From positions 1 to 45,600 of the IMG/VR virus record IMGVR_UViG_3300033407_000031: a DNA stretch of 45,600 bases; one strand, 5' to 3'. The stretch is from a virus. Its lineage: Duplodnaviria > Caudoviricetes. The position numbers and the translations under genes are program-made. The number at the start of each line of letters is the position of its first letter. Within the stretch, counting starts at the first letter, position 1. Shown here in pieces: positions 7,035 to 16,567 of this stretch. The notes under the pieces were generated by a model. That model was not told where the DNA came from, did not search any database, and worked only from the letters and a program-made list of their open reading frames with translations.

Positions 7035-8593
7035 TAGAGGAGCTCCCGAGCGAGGTCGCGGAGGAGGCCGCGTCGCTCGGATCGGAGGAGCGTCAGGCGC
7101 TTCGCGAGCGAGGGGAGGCCTCGCTTTATTTCTTCTGCAAGGCGGTGCTTGGGTTTACGCTGCTCGATCCGGCGGTCCACCTTCCGCTCTGTAGGCTTCT
7201 CGAGAACGAGGGCGTAACGCACAGGATGATCGTGCTCCCACGAGGGTGGTTCAAGAGCACGATCGCGAGCGTCGGGAAGCCGTTGTGGGAGGCGGTTAGG
7301 AATCCGAACGTCAGGATCTTGATCGTCCAGAACACCTTCGCGAACGCGGCGAAGAAGGTGGAGCAGATTAAGCACCTCGTCGAGCGATGCGAGCTCTTGC
7401 ACCTTCTCTGGCCGGAGATCCGGCCAGGCCGGATCTGGAAGATCGACTCGCTTCACCTCGAGCGTAGCTCGACCTGGCCGGAGGGGACGTTCGAGCCGGC
7501 AGGGACGAGGACGAAGGTGGTCTCGCGGCACTTCGATATTATCATCGAGGACGATACGGTTGCTCCCGACCTTGATGATCTCACGGTCGAGAACGTGCTC
7601 CCGTCGAAAGAGGACATTGACCAAGCGATCGGATGGCATAGGCTCTCGCCTCCACTCTTCACGCCCTCGCCTCGGGCACAGTCCCTCATCATCGGGACGA
7701 GGTGGTTCGAGCGGGATCTTATCTCGTGGGTTCGCGAGAACGAGTCGCATTACGAGATTTACGAGCGGTCGTGTCGGGAGGACGAGGAGGGTCGGTCGGA
7801 TCCGCTCGGGCTCCCGACCTTCCCCTCGCTCTTCCCGGAGGAGAAGCTCGCGGCGCTCGAGAGGACGATGGGGCCGTATCTCTTTCGGTGCCTCTACCTG
7901 AACAAGCCAACTCGGTCGACGGACATGACCTTCCGGTCCGAGTGGTTCACGTGGTACGACGTGGAGCCGCGGGGGCTCGTGGTCTGGACGACGGTCGATC
8001 CGGCTCCGGGACCGGACGACTCGAAGGGGAGAGACTTGGACCCCTCCGCAATCGTCGTCGCTGGGAAGGACCTCTCGAGCGGGTACATTTATGTCCTGGA
8101 GACGTGGAGGGGGGTCGTTAACCCTGGAGAGCTTATCGATCGGTTGTTCGAGACGGTGAGGAGGTGGAACCCGGTGGCGGTCGGAGTCGAAAAGGTCGCG
8201 TATCAGAGGACCCTGCTCTACTGGATTCGGGAGCGCATGCGGGAGCAAGGGAAGTTCTTTCTTGTGCAGGGGCTCGAAGGCTCGAGGACCTCCAAGGTCA
8301 GTCGAATCATGGGCCTCCAGCCGCTTTTCGCCTCCGGGACGATCTTCCTCCGACGGTCAATGAAGGAGCTTGAGTCGGAGCTTCTCGCGTTCCCGCTCGG
8401 AGCGCACGATGACCTTGCGGACGCGCTCTCGATGCAGCTAGGGCTCTGGCAGATGACGAAGTTGGTGAGGAGCCGGGAGCGATACAGGGGGGAGGACCCC
8501 TTCCGGGCGGACGATGCGATCGCGGCGCTTCGAGGGCGTCACCGAGGAGGGGAGAGCTTCCTCTCCGACCTTCTCACTGTAGGGAGGAACTAG
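7013..8593 (+). CDS. terL: terminase large subunit
   Basis: Walker A LPRGWFKST, Walker B IIIEDD, IGTRW, and RNase H-like nuclease motifs TTVDPA and FPLGAHDDLADAL. Confidence 0.95.
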   Translation: MMDLRTAVEELPSEVAEEAASLGSEERQALRERGEASLYFFCKAVLGFTLLDPAVHLPLCRLLENEGVTHRMIVLPRGWFKSTIASVGKPLWEAVRNPNVRILIVQNTFANAAKKVEQIKHLVERCELLHLLWPEIRPGRIWKIDSLHLERSSTWPEGTFEPAGTRTKVVSRHFDIIIEDDTVAPDLDDLTVENVLPSKEDIDQAIGWHRLSPPLFTPSPRAQSLIIGTRWFERDLISWVRENESHYEIYERSCREDEEGRSDPLGLPTFPSLFPEEKLAALERTMGPYLFRCLYLNKPTRSTDMTFRSEWFTWYDVEPRGLVVWTTVDPAPGPDDSKGRDLDPSAIVVAGKDLSSGYIYVLETWRGVVNPGELIDRLFETVRRWNPVAVGVEKVAYQRTLLYWIRERMREQGKFFLVQGLEGSRTSKVSRIMGLQPLFASGTIFLRRSMKELESELLAFPLGAHDDLADALSMQLGLWQMTKLVRSRERYRGEDPFRADDAIAALRGRHRGGESFLSDLLTVGRN

Positions 8594-8594
8594 G

Positions 8595-8870
8595 ATGGTC
8601 CCCTCATCTTTCGTCGCACTTGTCGTCGGGGTCCTTGCGGTCGGAGGAGCGAAGGCCCTTGGGACGGACACCCTCGACCCGTCGTCGATTACGCTCACCG
8701 AGGGCGGTGGGGCGGTCTCGCTCGTCGTCGTCATTACCTGGCTCTCCAAGATGGCGATGAACCTTCGAGATGAGAGGAAGAAGGTCCTCGAGGACCTGGC
8801 CGAGACGCGACGGGCGGTTGTGGTTCTTACGGAGAGGCTGGACCGAATCATAATGGAGAAACACCCATGA
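8595..8870 (+). CDS. small membrane protein, possible holin-like protein
   Basis: Two hydrophobic segments, then a charged coiled-coil tail. GGAGG RBS. Confidence 0.55.
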   Translation: MVPSSFVALVVGVLAVGGAKALGTDTLDPSSITLTEGGGAVSLVVVITWLSKMAMNLRDERKKVLEDLAETRRAVVVLTERLDRIIMEKHP

Positions 8871-9175
8871 GGTTCTTTGCGACCCTGGGGTTTGTGGGGC
8901 TCCTCGCGAGCTGCTCGATCGACCCGGAGACCCGTTGGGCCCAACAGGCAGAGCTTCTCGCCGCCGGGTACGAGATCGCGACGCGGACGCTCCCGTTGCT
9001 CTCGGAGGAGCAGGCGCAGGGGGTGGAGCTCGCCCTGGAGAGCGCACACGGAGCGCTCGGAGACGCCTGGGTGGAGCTCCCGGAGGACTCGTCCGCGTTC
9101 CGAACCTCGATGCGTCAGGTCGCAGCGGCGCTTCGGGCCGCTCGGGCGATCTTAAAGGAGTCCAGTGATGAGTAG
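8867..9175 (+). CDS. predicted lipoprotein (possibly spanin-like)
   Basis: Signal MRFFATLGFVGLLAS-C with an LASC lipobox, then a helical body. Confidence 0.65.
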   Translation: MRFFATLGFVGLLASCSIDPETRWAQQAELLAAGYEIATRTLPLLSEEQAQGVELALESAHGALGDAWVELPEDSSAFRTSMRQVAAALRAARAILKESSDE

Positions 9176-9374
9176 CCTTGTCCTCGCTTGGATGGAGCTA
9201 GCGGCTCAGCTCATGGAGATCGCCCCGGAGATCGTCGAGTCACTCCGGCCGGACGTGGCGCCTGGACGGAAGGAGGCTGCAGCTTTGCGTCTCGCACGGG
9301 CCCGCTCTGCGTGGAAGGAGGCACTCGCAGCACGGGAGCTCAGGGAGCCTCAAGAGCCTAAGGAGTCCCGCTAA
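9168..9374 (+). CDS. hypothetical protein
   Basis: AAGGAG RBS. Stop coupled to the next start (TAATG). Confidence 0.6.
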   Translation: MSSLVLAWMELAAQLMEIAPEIVESLRPDVAPGRKEAAALRLARARSAWKEALAARELREPQEPKESR

Positions 9375-9730
9375 TGGTCTACAATGCAGCGCATCATCCG
9401 ATTGACGCTTGGGGAGGGCCGGGGCTTGAGCTGAAGCGAGCGGTCGTTTCGACTGTAAGTACGGATACTACCCTCGTCGCCGCGGTCGCTGGGAAGAAGA
9501 TCCGAGTCGTTTCGATTCTCCTCGTTTGCGATAGCTCGGTCGGCGTGAGGTTCGAGAGCGACACGGCGGGGACTGCCCTGACGGGCGTCATGACCTTCGC
9601 TGCGAACGGCGGGCTCGCCCTTCCGTTCAACTCGAACGGGTGGATCGAGACGGTGGCCGGGGAGCTCTTGAACATGGAGCTCAGTGGGGCGGTTCAGGTG
9701 AGTGGGTCAATTACGTACGTTGAGGTCTAG
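9374..9730 (+). CDS. putative virion structural protein (beta-rich, 118 aa)
   Basis: TLVAAVAGKKIRVVS...GELLNMELSGAVQVSGSITYVE pattern typical of small phage virion beta proteins. AAGGAG RBS. Confidence 0.65.
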   Translation: MVYNAAHHPIDAWGGPGLELKRAVVSTVSTDTTLVAAVAGKKIRVVSILLVCDSSVGVRFESDTAGTALTGVMTFAANGGLALPFNSNGWIETVAGELLNMELSGAVQVSGSITYVEV

Positions 9731-9733
9731 GCG

Positions 9734-12700
9734 ATGCTAGAGCGGGTGATCGGAAACTTTTTGATTACTCCGATCGGAGGCAGCAGTGGCGTCACTTCCA
9801 TGAGTGACGTCCAGGCCTCGCAGCTCGCCCTGTGGTTCGACGCGGTGGTCGGAGTCGGATACGGAGGGGCGAGGGCGACAAACGGCTCTACGCAGAGTGC
9901 CGGTACGGATGACAGCGCTACTCATTCGACTGGGGACGTCGACTTCATCTTCGGCGGCTGGTTCTATCCGGGCGACACGACAGGCGTACAGATCCTTTGC
10001 GGGCAGTGGGACGAAGGGACGAATCAGCGTGGCTATGTGCTGTGGCTCAATTCGGCAGTCGTCACGTTCAGCGTATCGAACGATGGCACGGCCGAGGTGA
10101 ATCTGACGTCGCCTGTTGCGGCTGCGGCGAGTACCTGGATACAGGTCGTCGGTGCGCATGACAAGACACGGAACGAGCTTGTACTGTGGGTCAACGGTAT
10201 CGAGACTCGGGTCGCTCATGCCACCGGTATCCACGATGCGACGGTTGGGTTCCGCATTGCAGCGGATCTCAACAGTGGAGCACCGGCCAACTTCTTCAAC
10301 GGCCGTGCGGCGAACATCTTTACAGCTAAGCCGCCTGCGCTTTGGGCCGCGAACGATCTGAGCGCCCAGGAAATCGTCGACCTACTCTGGGACACCGGGC
10401 GTAGTAGCTCGTTCGACGATCTGACGAGCACCCAGAAAACTGCGATCGGACTAACGCCGGGAAACGGTTCCTGGTACGACAGCAACGAAGATCCTACGAC
10501 CGATCAGCGGATGATCGATCGCGTCAACTCGAAGGAGACGTCCCGCGGGTTCGACGGCGTCAACGACCGTGCCGAGATCGCGGACGCGGCGCAGACGGGG
10601 CTTGATCTCACCGCGAATGTCGGAACGTTCGCGACGTGGTTCAAGAAGACGGCGCTCGGCGTGAGCGCGTACCTGGTCAATAAGGGCGGTGGCCTTGGAG
10701 CTGGGAATCCAGGCTACAGCATAAATATCACAGCCGGCAATTTGATCAAGTTCGACATCCGCGACGACTCGGATAACACCGAGGCGCAGGCGTCGGCGAC
10801 CGCGATCCCGGACACGGGATGGCACCACATTGCTGTCGTGTTCGACGGCACGAATGCGAAGTTCTATCTCGACGGCGCGTACCTCACGAGCGAGGACAAG
10901 GACATTTCACTCTTGACAGGTAGCCTCGCGAATGCCGCAGCCTTCGTGCTCGGCGGCTATGGTGTGGCGGATGTGTGGGATGGCCGGCTCCAGGATCCCG
11001 CGCTCTGGTCGATCGCACTCACCGCGGCGAACATCACGACGCTTTACGCCGGCGGAGATCCTGATGCGGTCGACTGGTCGACGACGCTCACGACGGGACG
11101 AATCTCGCACTGGCCTTGCAACGAGGGCGTTCAGGGCGCGGCGATTCTCGACGCCGACGGGAACAACGATCTCCCGAACGTCGGCTCGATCCAGGTCACG
11201 CCCGGCGTGGGCTCGACGCACGCTGTGCCGGCGGACGGCGCTGCTCCGACTGCCGCCGCAGGCCCGGGAGCAGGCTTCGTTCGATCGTTCGACGGCACCA
11301 ACGACGGCCTGCTAATCCCGTTCAACGCGCGACTCGTGCCCGGCACGGGCAACTTCACCATTGAAGCGCAGATCACAGTTGACGACCACGGCGCCAACAA
11401 CGGGATCTGGAAGCAGGTCGAGACTGGTGGTGGTGCAAACAGCATCATCAACTTCCTCACGAACGTGACGACGCAGAAGCTCCGCTTGAATCTCGTCGAC
11501 AGCGCCGGGAACAGCCAGGCGTTCGAGACGACGGACACGGTCACGACCGGAACGTCGCATCACGTCGCGGCCGTCGTGAATCGGGCTGCGGGGACCGTGT
11601 CGCTCTACCTAGACGGTGAGCTTAACGGCGGTGTCCAGGCGATCACGGCGTTCGGAGTCGGTGCGTCAATCAGCACCGACAGCGGGACTTACATCGGTCA
11701 GAACGAGACACCTACACAGTTCTTCGACGGCACGATCGGTCGCCTGCGCTACTACTCCGCGACGCGTACGCCGGATCAGATCCGTATCCTTGCGAACGGT
11801 GGCGAGGGGATGGTCTTCGACGATCTCGACGCCACGCAGCAGGCGGACTGCGAGATCGCGCTCGACGGCGACGAGGCCGGCGGGGCGATGCTGGATAGAG
11901 TGACGCCGGTGAGTGTGGCGAGAGGGTTTTCGGCTTCGGGCAGCGATAGGCTATACCACGCAGACCACGCCGATCTACGTGGTGGCAACAGAGATTGGTC
12001 GTTGTGTCTCTGGATTAACACGACCAATTTTGCTGTTCATAGGGTAGTTGCTTCCAAGGATATGTTGTCGGTAAATAGAGATTGGTTGGTATACATCGCG
12101 CAAACGACTGGCATCGTTAACTTTTTCGTGTTCGATGGCGCAGTCCCCGTCAAAAACATGACGCATTCTGTGCCGATCGTAGCTGGTGCGTGGACGTTTC
12201 TGGCAGTGCGGCACACGGCATCGACGAAGGTGATCGGCATCTCTATTGATGGTGGGCCATTTGAAGATGCTGCGGCCTATGTGGGGACTGCTGGTGATTC
12301 CGCTGCGGAGTTCACGCTCGGCGATTATGGAGGGGGAATCGGGAGTACTCCGTTCTTCGGGTCCATGCAAGGTGTGATATGGTACCAGGGCCGCGCATTG
12401 ACCGATGCGGATGTGCTCGAGGCGTTCAACGGCAACGATCCGCAAGACTTCGAGGACATGAGCGCAGGGCTTAAGGTCAACGCAAAAGCCGCGTTTGACC
12501 TGCACGAAAACTTCAACGGCGCTCCCGCGATAGACACGAGCGGCAACGGCCATCACCTAACGAACAACGGCACGGTGTTCGTGGCCAACGGCGTAGGCGA
12601 CACCGTCAACGCCGTCGCGGCCTCCGCTGTTGCCACGCCGACCAGTGCGCTCGGGCCCGAGGAACCGGGCGACGGCACAGCGGTCGACGGCGGGCCGGTG

Positions 12701-13363
12701 ACGATCTGGCAAGCTCGGCCGGAGAGCACCGCAGGTGCGAGAGAGTTCTTCCAGCAGACCGCGTCGAAGAAGCCCACGCATCGAGCTGCGGACGCTGCGT
12801 TCAACAGCAAGCCGGTCAACGAGCTTGACGGCCTCGACGATCTGCTTAACTTCCTTTCGACGAACCTGCTAACTTCCAACGCGGGCTCGATCGTGGCCGT
12901 CGTCTCTACCTCTGATGCGACCCAGGCGGATCAGACGGTGTTCGGCGTCTCGAACGATATCGGGGACGATCGATTCCTCGCTGCGAAGCTCCGTGCGAAC
13001 GCTGCGGCGAACATCGAATACGCGTTCAACGACGGGACTACCGAGGACCGCCTCCGTGGCAATACGGCGATCGTCACGGACACCGTCTACGTAGTCGCGT
13101 TCGTCTGGACTGGCACGACCGTCTCGATGTACGTCAACGGGACGCTTCAGAGCGTCACGGTCGTCTCGGGCGGGAACAATGGAAAGGGGTGGAATGACAT
13201 CCCGGTCAGTATCGACAACTGGACGATCGGTGCTGTGATTGGTACCGCCGCAGCGAAGTTCCTGACTGGAAAGATCGCGGAGGTCGGAGTCTGGACGAAC
13301 AACCTGACGGCGGGAGAGGTTGCGGACCTCTCGACCGCCCTTGCGACGAAGTACGCGTTATGA
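9734..13363 (+). CDS. large multi-LamG (concanavalin A-like) virion fibre/spike protein
   Basis: Repeated LamG signatures (WHHIAVVFDG..KFYLDG, HHVAAVV..SLYLDG, FFDGTIGRLRYY, FLTGKIAEVGVW), about five domains, Gly/Thr/Ala-rich. Confidence 0.85.
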   Translation: MLERVIGNFLITPIGGSSGVTSMSDVQASQLALWFDAVVGVGYGGARATNGSTQSAGTDDSATHSTGDVDFIFGGWFYPGDTTGVQILCGQWDEGTNQRGYVLWLNSAVVTFSVSNDGTAEVNLTSPVAAAASTWIQVVGAHDKTRNELVLWVNGIETRVAHATGIHDATVGFRIAADLNSGAPANFFNGRAANIFTAKPPALWAANDLSAQEIVDLLWDTGRSSSFDDLTSTQKTAIGLTPGNGSWYDSNEDPTTDQRMIDRVNSKETSRGFDGVNDRAEIADAAQTGLDLTANVGTFATWFKKTALGVSAYLVNKGGGLGAGNPGYSINITAGNLIKFDIRDDSDNTEAQASATAIPDTGWHHIAVVFDGTNAKFYLDGAYLTSEDKDISLLTGSLANAAAFVLGGYGVADVWDGRLQDPALWSIALTAANITTLYAGGDPDAVDWSTTLTTGRISHWPCNEGVQGAAILDADGNNDLPNVGSIQVTPGVGSTHAVPADGAAPTAAAGPGAGFVRSFDGTNDGLLIPFNARLVPGTGNFTIEAQITVDDHGANNGIWKQVETGGGANSIINFLTNVTTQKLRLNLVDSAGNSQAFETTDTVTTGTSHHVAAVVNRAAGTVSLYLDGELNGGVQAITAFGVGASISTDSGTYIGQNETPTQFFDGTIGRLRYYSATRTPDQIRILANGGEGMVFDDLDATQQADCEIALDGDEAGGAMLDRVTPVSVARGFSASGSDRLYHADHADLRGGNRDWSLCLWINTTNFAVHRVVASKDMLSVNRDWLVYIAQTTGIVNFFVFDGAVPVKNMTHSVPIVAGAWTFLAVRHTASTKVIGISIDGGPFEDAAAYVGTAGDSAAEFTLGDYGGGIGSTPFFGSMQGVIWYQGRALTDADVLEAFNGNDPQDFEDMSAGLKVNAKAAFDLHENFNGAPAIDTSGNGHHLTNNGTVFVANGVGDTVNAVAASAVATPTSALGPEEPGDGTAVDGGPVTIWQARPESTAGAREFFQQTASKKPTHRAADAAFNSKPVNELDGLDDLLNFLSTNLLTSNAGSIVAVVSTSDATQADQTVFGVSNDIGDDRFLAAKLRANAAANIEYAFNDGTTEDRLRGNTAIVTDTVYVVAFVWTGTTVSMYVNGTLQSVTVVSGGNNGKGWNDIPVSIDNWTIGAVIGTAAAKFLTGKIAEVGVWTNNLTAGEVADLSTALATKYAL

Positions 13364-13638
13364 TTCTCTTCCACGAGCTAACGGTGATGGCCCCGACGGC
13401 ACGTCGAGAGGAAGCAAACCAAGCGCTCGAAGCTCGGGGCTTTGGTCCAGATAACCTTAGCGTTCCGGTCGGGCCGACGGTCGGTCCGCTCGTGACCTTC
13501 TGGGCAGGGAATCCGAGGGTTACTCCGGCCTCGGAGAGGCGTCTCCGCTCCGCCCTCGCGGGCATTCCCGGACTGATCATCCTCCCAATTGGTCTCCGAG
13601 CTCACATGAGCTCGAACGGACTGAGGGAGAAACGCTAA
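13360..13638 (+). CDS. hypothetical protein (92 aa)
   Basis: Coupled to the LamG gene (ATGA) and to the portal (TAATG). Confidence 0.65.
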   Translation: MILFHELTVMAPTARREEANQALEARGFGPDNLSVPVGPTVGPLVTFWAGNPRVTPASERRLRSALAGIPGLIILPIGLRAHMSSNGLREKR

Positions 13639-15428
13639 TGGCTTGGAAAGAGCTTACTATCGACCAGTGGGTGGACGAAATCGAGCGTGGGCTCGAGTTC
13701 CGTCGGGAGTACGGCCTCGAGGATGACTGGGGAAACCTCCAAGCGTTCTACGATAACGTTCACTCCGCGAGCGCTCACGAGGGTCCGAACGTCATTGCCT
13801 CCACGGCGGACTCGATGATCAGCTCCCTCATCGTGCCGAATCCGTATATCTCGGTGAAGCCGACGCAGGTAGGGCTCGTCGAGGGCGCGAGAGTCGTCGA
13901 GCAGCTCGACAACCAGCTCGTTCGGGACCTCGGGCTCTCGGACGAGATCGAGAGGGCCTTGCTCCATGCCTTCCTGTGGAGTCGGGCGATCCTGAAGGTC
14001 GGATACGACTCGGAGTGGGGGTATGATCCGGAGCTCGATATGATGGGGGGCGAGGCCGGAGCAACGTTCAGTCGCTTCGACTCGAAGGGCCGGAGAATCG
14101 AGTTCGGAAAAGCTCGGGCGGGAATGCCGTGGGTTCGGGTGGTGATGCCTCATGACTTCGTCGTGCCCTGGGGAACGGTCGAGCTCGAGGACGCTCCTTG
14201 GTGCGTCCACCGGGTGGTCCGCCATATCGAGGACGTCCGAGCCGACGATAAGTACGAGGGAACGAGGTCGCTTGAGCCGAATGTGTCGATGAGGGATTTC
14301 GTGGACTCGTATCGGCAGAGGAAGGGAGTGCACCGGGTTGGGAGGACACTTCGAACGACGCCGGGGCGAGAGCAGTCCAGTGGAAAGGCCGAGTATGTAG
14401 AGCTTTGGGAGATCCACGAGCGGAGGACGATGCGGGTGAAGGTAGTTACCTCGGGGCACAAGAGGTTTCTCCGGAACGAGATTGACCAGCTTCAGCTCGA
14501 CGGACTGCCCTTTGTCTCGAAGGCCCTTCGCACCAACGCACGGACTTTCTGGACCACTCCGGACGCGTACTTTCTGAAGCAAGCTCAGCTCGAACTGAGC
14601 GACATTGCTCTGATGGGGCAAAAGCAGCGGAGGTCAAGCGTCCCGAAGATCATTGCATTCGAGGATGTGCTCGACGACAGCGAGGTCGAGAAGCTCATGA
14701 GCGCCGATGTCGCTGCGCTCGTTCGGGCTCGTCAGGTGTCGGGCGGGAGCATCCGGGATGCGATTACGACCTTCAACTTCCAACGGGATGTTGGGCTCCT
14801 GCAGGAGGGCGAGTTCACTCGTCGGAACGCGAGGGAGGTCGTCGGGTTCTCGAGGAACCAACAGGGAGAGTTCGAGCAGTCCGGGAGGCGGACCGCGACG
14901 GAGAGTCAGATCGTCAAGCAAAGTGCGGATATTCGACTCTCGAGGCGCCAGCTTCGAGTTCGAGACCTGTACCTTGAGTCCATGCGGAAGGTCAACGAGA
15001 TTGTCTTCCAATTCTGGACGATGCCAAGGATTATCGAGATCGTTGGGGAGGACGGGACTCCGGCCTTCGTTTCGTTCACGGGATCTCGAATCCGCGGTGC
15101 GTATCGGTACGACCTGGGGTTCTCGAACGAGGGAGTGGAGACTCGGGCGGAGCGGAGGCAGCAAGCCCTGGGCATGTACGCTGCGCTGAGCGCGGATCCG
15201 ACGGTCGACCGAGTCGCGCTCGCCCGCTACCTCGGAAACGCGTTTAACGATCCGGAGCTCACTCGTGTGTTCTCTCCGGGTGTAAGTGGAGGCTCTCCGA
15301 ATGCCGGTGTATTGTCTGAGATGCAAGGACTGCCAGGGGCGAGTGGAGCACTTCCAGCTCCGGGTCGGGCTCGAGGCGGGGCTCCGATGCCCATGCGGGG
15401 GCCCGATGGGGCGGGATTGGGAGGCTGA
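13638..15428 (+). CDS. portal protein
   Basis: 596 aa, upstream of scaffold and capsid. Portal-type motifs VELWEI and RRTATE plus long helical segments. Confidence 0.88.
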   Translation: MAWKELTIDQWVDEIERGLEFRREYGLEDDWGNLQAFYDNVHSASAHEGPNVIASTADSMISSLIVPNPYISVKPTQVGLVEGARVVEQLDNQLVRDLGLSDEIERALLHAFLWSRAILKVGYDSEWGYDPELDMMGGEAGATFSRFDSKGRRIEFGKARAGMPWVRVVMPHDFVVPWGTVELEDAPWCVHRVVRHIEDVRADDKYEGTRSLEPNVSMRDFVDSYRQRKGVHRVGRTLRTTPGREQSSGKAEYVELWEIHERRTMRVKVVTSGHKRFLRNEIDQLQLDGLPFVSKALRTNARTFWTTPDAYFLKQAQLELSDIALMGQKQRRSSVPKIIAFEDVLDDSEVEKLMSADVAALVRARQVSGGSIRDAITTFNFQRDVGLLQEGEFTRRNAREVVGFSRNQQGEFEQSGRRTATESQIVKQSADIRLSRRQLRVRDLYLESMRKVNEIVFQFWTMPRIIEIVGEDGTPAFVSFTGSRIRGAYRYDLGFSNEGVETRAERRQQALGMYAALSADPTVDRVALARYLGNAFNDPELTRVFSPGVSGGSPNAGVLSEMQGLPGASGALPAPGRARGGAPMPMRGPDGAGLGG

Positions 15429-15600
15429 GGTTCGCCCACACCCGCGTAGAGCGCGTCGAGCGTGGCAGTGGAACGGGGGTGAGCCCCTGACGCTCGAACA
15501 CATTAACCGGGAGGGCGAGGGCCCATTGACGTTCCGGAGCGCTAAGGAGCTCCGAGCGTATTGCAGGAAACACGAGCTCGCTTCAGGCGCGCTCCTTTAG
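15301..15600 (+). CDS. FmdB-like zinc-ribbon protein
   Basis: MPVYCLRCKDC...CPCGGPM with a GGAGG RBS. Typical position after podovirus portals. Confidence 0.75.
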   Translation: MPVYCLRCKDCQGRVEHFQLRVGLEAGLRCPCGGPMGRDWEAEVRPHPRRARRAWQWNGGEPLTLEHINREGEGPLTFRSAKELRAYCRKHELASGALL

Positions 15601-15611
15601 GAGTCTCGACG

Positions 15612-15842
15612 ATGCAAGTAGCTGCGAAGCGCTTATCGGAGAGTGGTTCCGAACCGGCCTCCGGGGCCCGGCTTCGAGTAATCGCGGAGCTGCAGGAAGA
15701 CGGTCAGTGGAAGATCGCGTTTCCGAAGTTCGACCTCGAGAGCCCCTTGACCATCCCCGCGTTCCGCCGCTTGCTTCGCGCGCTGAAGCTCAAGATGATC
15801 CACTATCGGGCTAAGGGAATCGTAGCCCAGGCCCGTTCTTAG
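15612..15842 (+). CDS. hypothetical protein
   Basis: AGGAG RBS before ATG 15612. Confidence 0.6.
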   Translation: MQVAAKRLSESGSEPASGARLRVIAELQEDGQWKIAFPKFDLESPLTIPAFRRLLRALKLKMIHYRAKGIVAQARS

Positions 15843-15854
15843 AAAGGACTTGCT

Positions 15855-16556
15855 GTGGCAGAAACTGGTGTTCGACTTAGAGCCGTCGAGGAACCGCCCG
15901 CTCCGCCGGAGGAGGCTTCGGAAGGTGCGAAGGTGACCGAGGCGTTGAAGGGCCTCACGGAGCGGGTGGGCGAGGGGAACAGTGCGCTGCAAGAGATCCT
16001 CACCGACCCGTTGGTTCGGGAGGTGCTCGAAGCTCGGCGGGCTGGACGGGATGTCGTCGTTCGACCCGTGGAGGAGCCCGAGGACCGCTCTGGTGACTCT
16101 CCTCCCGACCTCGAGTCGATGACCAACACCGACCTGACACGTTACATCGTGCAGGGCGTCTTGAAAGAACTGGGGCCACTTGTGAAGAAGGAAGTGGAGC
16201 CGATCGGGGAGCGACTCCAAGCGGTCGAGACGGCGGCACAGGCCAGCCTTAGGAAAACCGTCTCGGAGCAGATAGCTGGTCTCTCAGCTCGATATCCGGA
16301 CTTTCCTCAGTACGAGCAAGAGATGATTGCTTTGAGGAAGGGAAATCCTGGATTGAGCTTGGAGCAACTTTACGTCCTTGCCCGGATGGGTCAGGGGAAG
16401 CTCGAGATCCCGGAGGGCTCACCGAGTTCGGAGCGTCCAACGACGGCTCCGGTTCGGAGACCGCTTCGAGAGGGCTCGCCTCCGGTCCGCCGAGGCGCTG
16501 GTGGTTTCGCACAGCTTCTTCAGGGAGCCCTCGACCGGCTAGAAATCCCTGAGTAG
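15855..16556 (+). CDS. capsid scaffolding protein
   Basis: Acidic, helical protein directly upstream of the major capsid gene. AAAGGA RBS. Confidence 0.75.
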   Translation: MAETGVRLRAVEEPPAPPEEASEGAKVTEALKGLTERVGEGNSALQEILTDPLVREVLEARRAGRDVVVRPVEEPEDRSGDSPPDLESMTNTDLTRYIVQGVLKELGPLVKKEVEPIGERLQAVETAAQASLRKTVSEQIAGLSARYPDFPQYEQEMIALRKGNPGLSLEQLYVLARMGQGKLEIPEGSPSSERPTTAPVRRPLREGSPPVRRGAGGFAQLLQGALDRLEIPE

Positions 16557-16567
16557 GATCTTAGAAA

